Position numbers and translations under genes: made by a program | In this document: positions 10,139 through 18,403 of the stretch, piece by piece | Layout of the letters: each line of letters opens with the position of its first letter | Numbering within the stretch: the first letter of the stretch is position 1 | The notes under the pieces: model-generated | What the model was told of the DNA's origin: nothing | The model's input: only the letters and a program-made list of their open reading frames with translations | Databases searched by the model: none | Origin: Vibrio vulnificus CMCP6 | Lineage (GTDB): Bacteria > Pseudomonadota > Gammaproteobacteria > Enterobacterales > Vibrionaceae | Assembly: GCF_000039765.1 (NCBI RefSeq) | Contig: NC_004460.2 | Location: 690,001 to 722,000, forward strand | Reading direction: 5' to 3' | Length of the DNA: 32,000 nt

Positions 10139-10765
10139 ATGAAAAAGACATTCGCAGTTATATTAAGTTGCTTCTCATTAAATGCGTGCGTTTCACACAC
10201 TGCTAATGATTTTAGCTCAGCCTATGATTACCTTAAAGCGACACTAACTCCAACCTTATTGGGACTTGAAGTACCGATCAGTGGGGATCAAGAAGTGTTT
10301 CTCTTTCGTAATACTTTTCATTCAGTAACTCAAAAGATTCAGAGTAATGCAAACATCTATTGGGAAAACGATATACGCTACCTAGCATTTACAAGTCCGC
10401 TAGACACAGAGCATTTAATGAAGCCTCTTATCTACGCACACCGATATTGCAAAGGGAGATTGCATCGTTTAAGAAATATCCAAGGGGAATTCTTTTATGA
10501 CTCAGGCACCAATACATGGGTGCTGTATAAAAATTCAACATCCTTTTTATATTCTTCAGCACACACATCCGTTCCAGCCTCAGATAACCCTAAGAGCATT
10601 CAAGAAGCTTTATTTATATCTGAGCAATATTTTGGGTTATTTGCATGCGAAAGTAACGAGAAAAACTGGACAATAGAGATTGCACCTACCGCTTTCTCTA
10701 TCGATAAAAGTGGGCCTATACCCGTATTCACTACAGGAATCGTTGTCCGAGTAAGCCCCCCATAA
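10139..10765 (+). CDS. Putative lipoprotein in the traS/traT (exclusion) position
   Basis: Signal peptide with lipobox-like LNAC (MKKTFAVILSCFSLNACVSH); 209 aa; immediately downstream of traG, where exclusion genes sit in F and related systems. No TraT-like sequence recognised. Confidence 0.6.
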   Translation: MKKTFAVILSCFSLNACVSHTANDFSSAYDYLKATLTPTLLGLEVPISGDQEVFLFRNTFHSVTQKIQSNANIYWENDIRYLAFTSPLDTEHLMKPLIYAHRYCKGRLHRLRNIQGEFFYDSGTNTWVLYKNSTSFLYSSAHTSVPASDNPKSIQEALFISEQYFGLFACESNEKNWTIEIAPTAFSIDKSGPIPVFTTGIVVRVSPP

Positions 10766-10863
10766 ATCATACCTATTGACGTTATTAGTTGAATACAGAA
10801 AACCGCCTAGCTATGTCGGTGTTTTGTCTTCCATGCAACGAATACCCTCTTCAGCCCCTGCTT

Positions 10864-10892
10864 ACTGCGTGACGCTTGCGGTGTCACGCAGT
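10864..10892. terminator. Strong hairpin, probably a terminator between convergent genes
   Basis: Perfect 10-bp stem ACTGCGTGAC / GTCACGCAGT with loop gcttgcggt, then gatttcttt on the + strand; lies between convergent CDSs. Confidence 0.5.
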
Positions 10893-10908
10893 GATTTCTT
10901 TCCACGCT

Positions 10909-11655
10909 TCACAACACCTGATTCATCAGAGCGTTGTGGTTTCGGCTTAAGGCCATAACATCATCGGCTAGCCTATCAATCTGCTGCTGTTGCATCCGCA
11001 TCCGGCCTTGAAATCCTTGGTATTCTTGCTCATCTATTAGCGTTAAGCCGTGTTGTTTGGCTTGTTGTTTAAGTCGCTGCAATTGAGGTGACTGAGTACG
11101 TAACTCATTGGCTAAATCCTGTTTTAATATTCTTTTTGCTAGCGCATGCTCGAAGCCTTGCTCTTGTGACCAAGCGTTGGTGTTGAAGACCGAGTTGTAA
11201 TGAAAGTGGATATTCTGGGTGGTGACGTTTTTGACTTGGGCGAGTTCGTAGATGAGATCATTCAGTGAGAAGTCAGACGAGGGTATTGGAGACGGTAGTG
11301 GCGGTGTTTGATGGTTACTTATGTTCTCAAAGGCACGAATCACCTTGAGATGGAACTTGGGGCTAATCCACATTGCGTATGAGTAGACCAGTTCTTTGCA
11401 TACCCAGGTACCAGAATTACAACCGCCACGCTTGGTATTTACGGCAAAGTGTGAATTCGCACTTTGGGATTTTTCACGAAAGCAACAATTCCTGCTTTGG
11501 TCTATTTCATTAATCAGTTCTTGGGTTTGCTGATTGCGAAGAAATTGAACAGGCTTGTGTTTTTGATGGCCACCACTCGCTTTATGTAGATCATTCAGCG
11601 AGTACAAGTTGTCGAGTACACGAATGTTTTTGGAAAGGATAGTTAGATTAGTCAT
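10909..11655 (-). CDS. KilA-N / antirepressor-like DNA-binding protein
   Basis: N-terminus MTNLTILSKNIRVLDNLYSLNDLHKASGG..., 'FLRNQQTQELINEI', 'TWVCKELVYSYAMWISPKFHLKVIRAF' (KilA-N signature), coiled-coil C-terminus; SD AAGGAGG 5' of ATG 11655. Confidence 0.85.
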   Translation of the reverse strand: MTNLTILSKNIRVLDNLYSLNDLHKASGGHQKHKPVQFLRNQQTQELINEIDQSRNCCFREKSQSANSHFAVNTKRGGCNSGTWVCKELVYSYAMWISPKFHLKVIRAFENISNHQTPPLPSPIPSSDFSLNDLIYELAQVKNVTTQNIHFHYNSVFNTNAWSQEQGFEHALAKRILKQDLANELRTQSPQLQRLKQQAKQHGLTLIDEQEYQGFQGRMRMQQQQIDRLADDVMALSRNHNALMNQVL

Positions 11656-11907
11656 ACTGACCTCCTTGGAATGATACATATAATCACCACTCAAAGGGAC
11701 TAATCTTCGGGTGGTGAACTGAACAGGGTTAGTTCTACCGCTTCCAAGGATACGGCTAGCCGAAGCTGCCCAGCCCACCATAATGCAGATAGTACAATCC
11801 GTAACCGAATCGACTATGTCCAGGTGTGCCGAAGCTACACATAAAAACCACCAAAAAGCCGGAGAGTACCCTAAACCATATTTGCCCCAAAGCGTGTTTC
11901 GTATCAA
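11656..11907 (-). other. Ash/Icd-like leader reading frame, in frame with the KilA-N gene
   Basis: The open frame extends 84 codons upstream of the KilA-N start and encodes '...TDCTICIMVGWAASASRILGSGRTNPVQFTTRRL', resembling phage Ash/Icd-type leader products. Confidence 0.5.
11700..11860 (-). ncRNA. Candidate C4-like antisense RNA controlling the KilA-N/ant gene
   Basis: Upstream segment contains TCCTTGGAA (revcomp of 11742-11750), exactly complementary to TTCCAAGGA spanning the KilA-N SD (revcomp of 11663-11671); a second pair TCACCAC/GTGGTGA (11711-11717 versus 11684-11690) gives the two-arm c4 arrangement. Boundaries approximate. Confidence 0.5.
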
Positions 11908-11991
11908 ACGAATGGGAAATACATGTTTTCAAAAGTGCATAAAAAATGTGATGGTTTCAACTGGCAAATTTAGTCGATCTTTTAGCATCTA

Positions 11992-13179
11992 CTACTGTTT
12001 CTGTAACTCATCAAACCCATTAAACCGCTGATGCAGTTTCGTGCCTATGGTCAACGACACCAAGAGGCTGGTCAAAGCGATCACTGCTCCTACAACAAAC
12101 ACCCATTGATAACCAGACATCCAAATGATTCCCAACAAAAACGGTAGGAACACCGCTGCAATATGGTTAATGGTGAATGACAAGCTCGCAGTTGAAGCCA
12201 CTTCATCTTCCCTAATTGTTTTTTTAAAATAAGTATTTAGGGCTATCGCAAAACTAAAAGTGATACTGTCGACAACGTATAGTCCGGCTGCCGCATAATG
12301 ATCATCTACAAATGCGTAAGATAAGAACACCAACATTAACGTTGTATACTCAATGATCAAACCTTGCCTTTCTCCTACACGGTCAATAAAGCGTCCGACA
12401 TAAGGTAGAGCAACAGTCGTTGCTAAACTAGATATCATAAATAAAGCGGCCATCATCGCGATCGTATAGTGAAACTTGGTAACCATTAGTAAGCCAGCAA
12501 ATGCGACAAAGATTTGCCTTCTTGCCCCACTCAAAAACGTCAGAATGTAATACGTCGTGTACTCGCGTCGTATAAGCAGTTTGATGCGTTGCTTAACCTC
12601 TGTATGAGTTTCTTGAAACGTGACCAAATAGACCGCCAGCAAGAAACATATTGCCCCACAAGTAAAGAAAATTGCCTTATCGGAAACATCAAAAAGATAG
12701 CTAGCGACCATAATGCCTAAAAAAGTCACCATCGAGAAGAAAGATGCGGTGGAGCGAATCTTTCCCATTGATTCACTAAAACTTTCGGTAGCTAACAATT
12801 GTGTTGACAGTGATTTGTCTACCGCTTCTAGGTAATGGAAACCAATAGACATAATAGTCGTACTGAAATAGAAGCCATAAATCGAAGGCAAAAAGCCGGT
12901 TGCTGCAACACCTAGCCCTAATGTTGCAACCGACAGTACCGCGACTCTTTGTTCAGAGACAATGAACAACAGGAACAATACGGTGAATGAGAGTAAACCA
13001 GGGATTTCCCTAACACTCTGCAATACACCCACACCAGCACCAGTCATACCAACAGTATCGACGGCAAAGTTATTCATAACGACTCGCCATCCGGTATTCG
13101 CTATTACTGACGCGATAGCAATAATCACCAACATCGCGAATGCACTCCGCGATGTTAAAAGTCGAAGCAAGTCGGTCAT
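11992..13179 (-). CDS. MFS transporter (probable exporter)
   Basis: 395 aa, about 12 hydrophobic segments, 'PYVGRFIDRVGERQGL' MFS loop; ATG immediately abuts the TAA of the upstream gene (TAAATG). Confidence 0.85.
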   Translation of the reverse strand: MTDLLRLLTSRSAFAMLVIIAIASVIANTGWRVVMNNFAVDTVGMTGAGVGVLQSVREIPGLLSFTVLFLLFIVSEQRVAVLSVATLGLGVAATGFLPSIYGFYFSTTIMSIGFHYLEAVDKSLSTQLLATESFSESMGKIRSTASFFSMVTFLGIMVASYLFDVSDKAIFFTCGAICFLLAVYLVTFQETHTEVKQRIKLLIRREYTTYYILTFLSGARRQIFVAFAGLLMVTKFHYTIAMMAALFMISSLATTVALPYVGRFIDRVGERQGLIIEYTTLMLVFLSYAFVDDHYAAAGLYVVDSITFSFAIALNTYFKKTIREDEVASTASLSFTINHIAAVFLPFLLGIIWMSGYQWVFVVGAVIALTSLLVSLTIGTKLHQRFNGFDELQKQ

Positions 13180-13917
13180 TTAAGCTACCGATCCCAAAAG
13201 AAAATCTTGAATATGGTCACGCATGAACAAAGCCATCGAAGAAAGGTCGTCCCATGTTTCTTTGTTCGTGTGGGTTATACATTCGATAAAGACTTTACTT
13301 AGGTGTGGCTCAGCATGTAACCAACAACTTACATATTGTGCGGTGTAACACACATGCTGCATTTCATCTTCTAAGATTTTTTGAATCGTTGGACGCATTT
13401 GTTTCATGTAATCATCGTCCGACTCATCAATGATGGCCAAATGTAGTACAAGTAAACGCCATGAACGTATTTCAATAGAGTGAACCCGAAACAGGAATGT
13501 CTTAAGGTCATCGTCAAAGTTCATGACTTTGTCTAACTCAAATTGAACTTCATGTTCATGTGTTTCTGTCTCGTACCCAGTTAAAGGAATAAGACTGGCA
13601 AACAGCGTAGAGTGGTTCATTTCATCATTATAATGACGCAACATACGCTGCCTTAATTCATCATCAGCATACCGCTCTGCGATCATTCGCAACCTTGCTG
13701 CACCTTTAGCTTCATCTATCGCGTTGTGCAAAAGGTAGTAAGCCATCATCTTTTTATTTTGAAAAATAGTTCGAGCCAACCCATTCATCATCTCAGAAGT
13801 GAATGACAAATCAGATACTAAATACTTCTCGATGCAATCTTTGTATTCTTTTGAAAGACTCACACCTTTAATATCGTATAAGTCATAGAGACTGTTTTGT
13901 ATATTATTCATAGACAA
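13180..13917 (-). CDS. Ferritin-like di-iron family protein (possible oxygenase/oxidase)
   Basis: 245 aa; E...ExxH...E...ExxH ligand pattern: 'IDEAKGAARLRM...RHYNDEMNHSTLF' and 'HSIEIRSWRLLVLH...ILEDEMQHVCY'; SD aaaagga upstream. Confidence 0.7.
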   Translation of the reverse strand: MSMNNIQNSLYDLYDIKGVSLSKEYKDCIEKYLVSDLSFTSEMMNGLARTIFQNKKMMAYYLLHNAIDEAKGAARLRMIAERYADDELRQRMLRHYNDEMNHSTLFASLIPLTGYETETHEHEVQFELDKVMNFDDDLKTFLFRVHSIEIRSWRLLVLHLAIIDESDDDYMKQMRPTIQKILEDEMQHVCYTAQYVSCWLHAEPHLSKVFIECITHTNKETWDDLSSMALFMRDHIQDFLLGSVA

Positions 13918-13988
13918 TTCCTTTTCTCAGTTGACTCCTTAACTGATACACTTTCTTGAGTGCCTTATTGAGTGGGGGAGCAAGCTAG

Positions 13989-14132
13989 TTAGCGAGACTC
14001 TTTTTTGTGTGGTATTGACGGGACTGGATTCGATTCAAAGGCAGCATTTGATCGTACGAGTCTTGGAGGTTGGTTAGAGATATCTTGCTTCTGAAGTTTT
14101 AGCGCCAAAGCAGTTCTTAGTTTTCCGTTCAT
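13989..14132 (-). CDS. 47-aa small ORF upstream of the di-iron gene (candidate precursor/substrate peptide)
   Basis: Manual translation (below the ORF track cutoff): MNGKLRTALALKLQKQDISNQPPRLVRSNAAFESNPVPSIPHKKESR*; SD-like TGAGGAtttgaatATG; same strand, 71 nt before the di-iron gene. Confidence 0.45.
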   Translation of the reverse strand: MNGKLRTALALKLQKQDISNQPPRLVRSNAAFESNPVPSIPHKKESR

Positions 14133-14419
14133 ATTCAAATCCTCAAAAATAATATTATGTTCAGAGTTTGGTCACGATATGCAACTCAAATCAAGAACAC
14201 AGAGATAATACCCCTGGTTATCACGTTGTTACACGATCATTTATAAAATGTTACCTTTTGAAATTAACAAGTATTACGGGTGTTTTTATTTATTTGAGAT
14301 TCTTACTATTTCCAACTGACGATGATGTACCGGTTAGATCTGCGCCAGATGAGCTGAACTACAAGTTAAGAGACTTCTCGCATTCATAGTTATTCATGAA
14401 AGACTAATTTAGCAAGATA

Positions 14420-14847
14420 TTGACAAATACACGTAACCTGAGGCGACCAGCAAAGGGGCTTGTGTTACACAGCGATAGGGGCTCCCAGTATCCGAGCAGA
14501 CAATATCGCAAACAACTACAGGGTTATGGCATGTGGGCGAGCATTGGAGATGTCGGTGCTTGCTGGGATAATGCCGTGGTCGAGCGGTTCTTCGGAAGTT
14601 TAAAGCACGACTGGTTGTTTAAAGTGCACCAACCAGAGAGCATATGAAGGAGGATGTCTCAGCCTACATGAGGTATTACAACCTCGAAAAGCTGCATTCG
14701 GCGAACAATGACATGAAGCCAATTAATTATGAAGAGTTTTTAGCAGAAATAGACAAATGCCCACAGGCGTCTATAAAACGTTTTTATCCACCAACGTTTC
14801 AGATCTTCCTGAACCCTACTAAATGTGACTGCCAAACTTCATGTTGA
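14420..14847 (+). pseudogene. IS3-family transposase (OrfB) C-terminal remnant
   Basis: 'AKGLVLHSDRGSQYPSRQYRKQLQGYGMWASIGDVGACWDNAVVERFFGSLKHDWLFKVHQP' then a frameshift near 14638-14644 to '(RE)HMKEDVSAYMRYYNLEKLHSANNDMKPINYEEF', the DDE-type IS3 OrfB C-terminus; N-terminal half missing. Confidence 0.85.
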
Positions 14848-14872
14848 CCAAAAACACTGAGAGGAGGTCATC

Positions 14873-15469
14873 ATGAGAAAGTTTTCTTCTGGAAAATGCA
14901 GTGGCATAAAAAGGCCATTTAAGCTTGAAGAAATCTGGCGGATCAGAACTAGGCTGGAGATTGAAAACGATTTAATGCAGCTCGCGCTACTGAACTTAGC
15001 TATAGATAGCAAGTTAAGAGCGAGTGATTTGCTAAAGCTACACGTTTACGATGTGTCTTCGCAAGGAGTTATCTATGACAGGGTTCAGTGCATCCAGCAA
15101 AAAACGGGCACCGATGTCCACTATGAGATAACACCAAGAACACAGCAAAGTATTAGCCGATGGATTTTTGCAGCATCCCTAGAGGCAAGCAGTTTTCTAT
15201 TTCCGAGTAGCAGACGCTCTGGGCAACCCATCAGCTACTCATTCTATCGTTCAATTATCAGGAGCTGGGCTGTAAAGCTTGGATTGAATGCTGACTATTA
15301 CGGTACTCACTCCATGCGTCGCACCAAAGCCACTTTAATCTATGCCAGAACGAAAAACATCAGGGCTGTACAGATCTTACTTGGACACTCGAAGCTTGAT
15401 AACACAATTCGATACCTCGGCGTTGAGCTAGAAGACGCTCTGAGGTTGTCTGAGAAAACAGACTGCTGA
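14873..15469 (+). CDS. Tyrosine recombinase/integrase, catalytic-core-only (198 aa)
   Basis: Arg box 'DSKLRASDLLKLHVYDV', HxxR 'GTHSMRRTKATLIY', 'LLGHSKLDNTIRYLG' with catalytic His and Tyr; lacks an N-terminal core-binding domain; SD gaggagg. Confidence 0.85.
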   Translation: MRKFSSGKCSGIKRPFKLEEIWRIRTRLEIENDLMQLALLNLAIDSKLRASDLLKLHVYDVSSQGVIYDRVQCIQQKTGTDVHYEITPRTQQSISRWIFAASLEASSFLFPSSRRSGQPISYSFYRSIIRSWAVKLGLNADYYGTHSMRRTKATLIYARTKNIRAVQILLGHSKLDNTIRYLGVELEDALRLSEKTDC

Positions 15470-15484
15470 GAGATAGGAGCTGTT

Positions 15485-15510
15485 ACAGGCTTTTCTCCTG
15501 AAAAGCCTGT
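15485..15510. other. Perfect inverted repeat/hairpin just downstream of the recombinase
   Basis: ACAGGCTTTTC tcct GAAAAGCCTGT, 11-bp arms; no U-tract immediately after. Confidence 0.5.
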
Positions 15511-15825
15511 GCCCCTATATGTTTTAGATAGACTTGTCATTAGCAGGAAGCAAATAGAGGAACGAACTACTTTTCCTAATCGAAATGTATCGACAAATCC
15601 AAGGCCTTACTAGGTATCTATTGGCTGGGCAATGACCGAGGGATTAACTCATGATGTGTTTAGCTGAGTTGGTTTCGCTATCGCCATCTATGTGAACATT
15701 GAAACGGCGAAAACGATGTTATTTATGAATGAAGAGCGACATCAAACCCATTATCCGCTTAGGGCAATTCCGGCATTGGCGCTCATGACATTGCAAAAAG
15801 GACACATTGCGTGTCCCCCATGTTG

Positions 15826-16536
15826 TTATTTAGTCGCTTCACTATCCGGATTTGGTTCTGGTGTGGCATCTTTGACTAAAGCTGATTGTGATTCCGGTGC
15901 GGGTTGTTCTTGCCAGCATCCCACACAAGGCTCAGAAACCCATGCCCAAGTCTTGCTTGTGATACAAAATGGGTTTAGCCATAGCAAGGCAGCTACTATG
16001 GCACCAATGACCACAGCACGCAGGCTTAGAGGAACTTTGTCATTAAAGCCGAGAGCAAGTTCAGTGCTCATCCAGTCGCTATTGTGCTCAGAAAAGACTT
16101 TGTAATGGGCATACCATGAGGACAGCAACACAGGAGACATGGTGTCAACAGCTCGATGATCAGCCTGCACTTGAGCTAGGTCAGCTCTTGCTTTGGCAAC
16201 AGAGTTGGTATCTTGTATGTCAACTTCGCAGTAAATGCGCTCTAGTTTCTTGCTGATATCAGTCAAGCTAATCCCTGTCGCTTCATACTGCTCTTTCTGA
16301 AGCTCTCTTGGCTTAAGGACGATCCCGATAATACCGATAATAAGCAACAGAGCCGCTAAAGCCTTGCTGTTGAACTCTGCAAATGCCAAACCAAGCACAC
16401 CAAAAGACAGCGAAACTACGCTAATAATCGTAGGAAGCTTTTCGCAGATATCGAATGACGCAAAATGAAGCTTGGCGCTGTAGAGTACGTTGTAATACTC
16501 TCTAGCCACTTGCTTCTTAATCGTCTGTTCCGTCAT
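15826..16536 (-). CDS. SLATT-domain 2TM effector-like membrane protein (CBASS-associated)
   Basis: 236 aa; 'REYYNVLYSAKLHFASFDICEKLPTIISVVSLSFGVLGLAF...ALAALLLIIGIIGIVLKPRELQKEQYEATGISLTDISKKLERI' SLATT-like layout; 12 nt downstream of a CD-NTase gene. Confidence 0.75.
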   Translation of the reverse strand: MTEQTIKKQVAREYYNVLYSAKLHFASFDICEKLPTIISVVSLSFGVLGLAFAEFNSKALAALLLIIGIIGIVLKPRELQKEQYEATGISLTDISKKLERIYCEVDIQDTNSVAKARADLAQVQADHRAVDTMSPVLLSSWYAHYKVFSEHNSDWMSTELALGFNDKVPLSLRAVVIGAIVAALLWLNPFCITSKTWAWVSEPCVGCWQEQPAPESQSALVKDATPEPNPDSEATK

Positions 16537-16548
16537 AAACTATTGTTC

Positions 16549-17814
16549 CTATTCGATTGGGACGGTGATTTCATGTCGTGCTATCACCGTATTGTTGCGG
16601 ATAGCGTAACACTCAACCGTATGATCGCCATAGAAATTAGCGGTCTCGATACGAGTTTTGCTACCGTCATCATCCATGATTTCACCACGGTGATTCCTCA
16701 GCTTGTCAGCCTCATCCCCACGGTTACGCACCTTCCACTTCACCTCATAATCTTCTCCGATGTCGGTTTGTTTTACAAAGAAGTGCAGTTTCCGTTGATG
16801 CTGAATTCGCTCCCCAACAAATTTTATTGATGACAACATTCTGGTCATCAGGTCGCTTTTAACCTCACAATCAATGATAATTTGGTTGGTAATATCCAGA
16901 TCGAACAGTTCCTCGATAAACTGCTCATTAACCGCCGCCGCTTGTTTGGCTTCACGATTAGGAAACTTAGTGCCAAAAATAGCCTTATATCGCTGGTTGC
17001 ACTTATCCTCATAGCCGCTCTCTCTGGCTTCTATGGCTTCAATGGCATTTTCCAGCGCTATCTGCGCATCAGCTTGGAATGCTTTCTTTATACCGACTTG
17101 GGAGTTACTGCCAAATGCGTAGTAGTACGTTTTCTCTGGCTCTTTGGTGAGGTATTGGAAAAAATCTCGCACCATCTTGTCAAAGCTACCGAAACTAGCT
17201 TTGTCGTAATCGGTGTTATCTTTGAAGAAGTTGTAGCAGAGAGTATCAATCAGAAAGCCACTCATCTGAATATCGTTTCTGGCCTTCCAAGCACGAATCA
17301 TTTTCGCAAGCTTACGTAGGTTGTCTTTACGCTCGGTGTTCAACTCCCTAAATGCTTGTAATTCAGCACGAGTGTTACACTTGCGCCATAAGCCGCCGTT
17401 ATATGTGTCAGGATATTTGAAAACTCCCTGCCATTCGAATACGGGCACCACCTCAAAGGTAAAGTCCTGCATCTCAACTACCACCACGTTGCGGTCTTTT
17501 TTTACCTTACTTGTCTTGTATGTCTTCTTGATAGCATCTTTGGCGTGGTCTAGTGCCTTTGATGGGTCTTTGCGGTAGGTAGGCCAAGTGCTAGGTGGGA
17601 GTATGTAGAGCATATCAAGGTCAGAAATACCTTGGATTCCAGAGTAACGACCATACGATCCAGCCTGAAGACTGTAACTTGTCTTGTCGTTTTCCAAACC
17701 TCGAAACTGTTCATTGAGGTTCTTCGTGATGCTTTCATAGCGACTCGAAATTTTGTTCTTGTTCTTGATCTTCAAGTTGTCCAAAAACACACTGAAATCC
17801 CGTCTTACCGTCAT
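16549..17814 (-). CDS. CD-NTase (SMODS nucleotidyltransferase) with C-terminal sensor-like domain, CBASS
   Basis: 421 aa; 'SLQAGSYGRYSGIQGISDLDMLYIL' (GS..GR, DxD) and 'FTFEVVPVFEW' third acidic position; C-terminus 'KLHFFVKQTDIGEDYEVKWKVRNRGDEADKLRNHRGEI...THIVECYA'-type region resembling the AGS-C sensor domain found with SMODS (exact end: GDHTVECYAIRNNTVIARHEI). Confidence 0.85.
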   Translation of the reverse strand: MTVRRDFSVFLDNLKIKNKNKISSRYESITKNLNEQFRGLENDKTSYSLQAGSYGRYSGIQGISDLDMLYILPPSTWPTYRKDPSKALDHAKDAIKKTYKTSKVKKDRNVVVVEMQDFTFEVVPVFEWQGVFKYPDTYNGGLWRKCNTRAELQAFRELNTERKDNLRKLAKMIRAWKARNDIQMSGFLIDTLCYNFFKDNTDYDKASFGSFDKMVRDFFQYLTKEPEKTYYYAFGSNSQVGIKKAFQADAQIALENAIEAIEARESGYEDKCNQRYKAIFGTKFPNREAKQAAAVNEQFIEELFDLDITNQIIIDCEVKSDLMTRMLSSIKFVGERIQHQRKLHFFVKQTDIGEDYEVKWKVRNRGDEADKLRNHRGEIMDDDGSKTRIETANFYGDHTVECYAIRNNTVIARHEITVPIE

Positions 17815-18268
17815 ATGTCACCCTCATGTAGTTAAGTCCATGTATTACATGGGGGCATTGTTTGGTAAAACAATCCTCCCTATCAATATACTGTGTCTGT
17901 GAAGACTGGTAAACACTACATGTGCGATGCGAATAATAAGAGATACCACTATTTGTTGAGTTGTTTATCAATGTAACTTTGCGGTGATTAGAATTCTTTG
18001 GGTAAATAAGAAACGCTTGTCTTTGTTCCTGCTTGTCCCGCCGATACACATGAGTTACAACTTTGCTACACCAAAGGCAATCCACGATTAACTAATTTAG
18101 AAGATGCTGTAACTCAGTATTATCCAGAACTTTCACAGTTGGCACTTCGTAACTCAGAAGTGCCCCAAAATGCGCTGCCTTACTTCTGCTCCTCGAGTTT
18201 ACAAACAGCCATTTGACTTAATTTTTCTTATCCGAACAAAGGGCATTTCGTCAGAGCTTTCTAAGCTA

Positions 18269-18290
18269 AATATGATATTGTAATCATATT
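18269..18290. promoter_or_regulatory. Operator-like inverted repeat in the CBASS/SIR2 divergent intergenic region
   Basis: AATATGAT attgta ATCATATT, perfect 8-bp arms. Confidence 0.3.
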
Positions 18291-18403
18291 AGTGTTCTTA
18301 ATGCCGCTATTACCAATAGGAGCACTGACACCGCTATTGATGCGATTAATTATCGCTTAAGTCACAACACCTAAAAGTTAGAACTTTAAACACAAAAGGA
18401 AAC

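Noticed and set aside
15692-16105. Plus-strand ORF of 137 aa overlapping the SLATT gene antisense
   Set aside because: The sequence beyond 15826 is antisense to a well-supported CDS; no independent coding evidence.
17735-18085. Minus-strand ORF of 116 aa upstream of the CD-NTase
   Set aside because: Overlaps the CD-NTase start in another frame, no recognisable domain or clear RBS; most likely a chance ORF.
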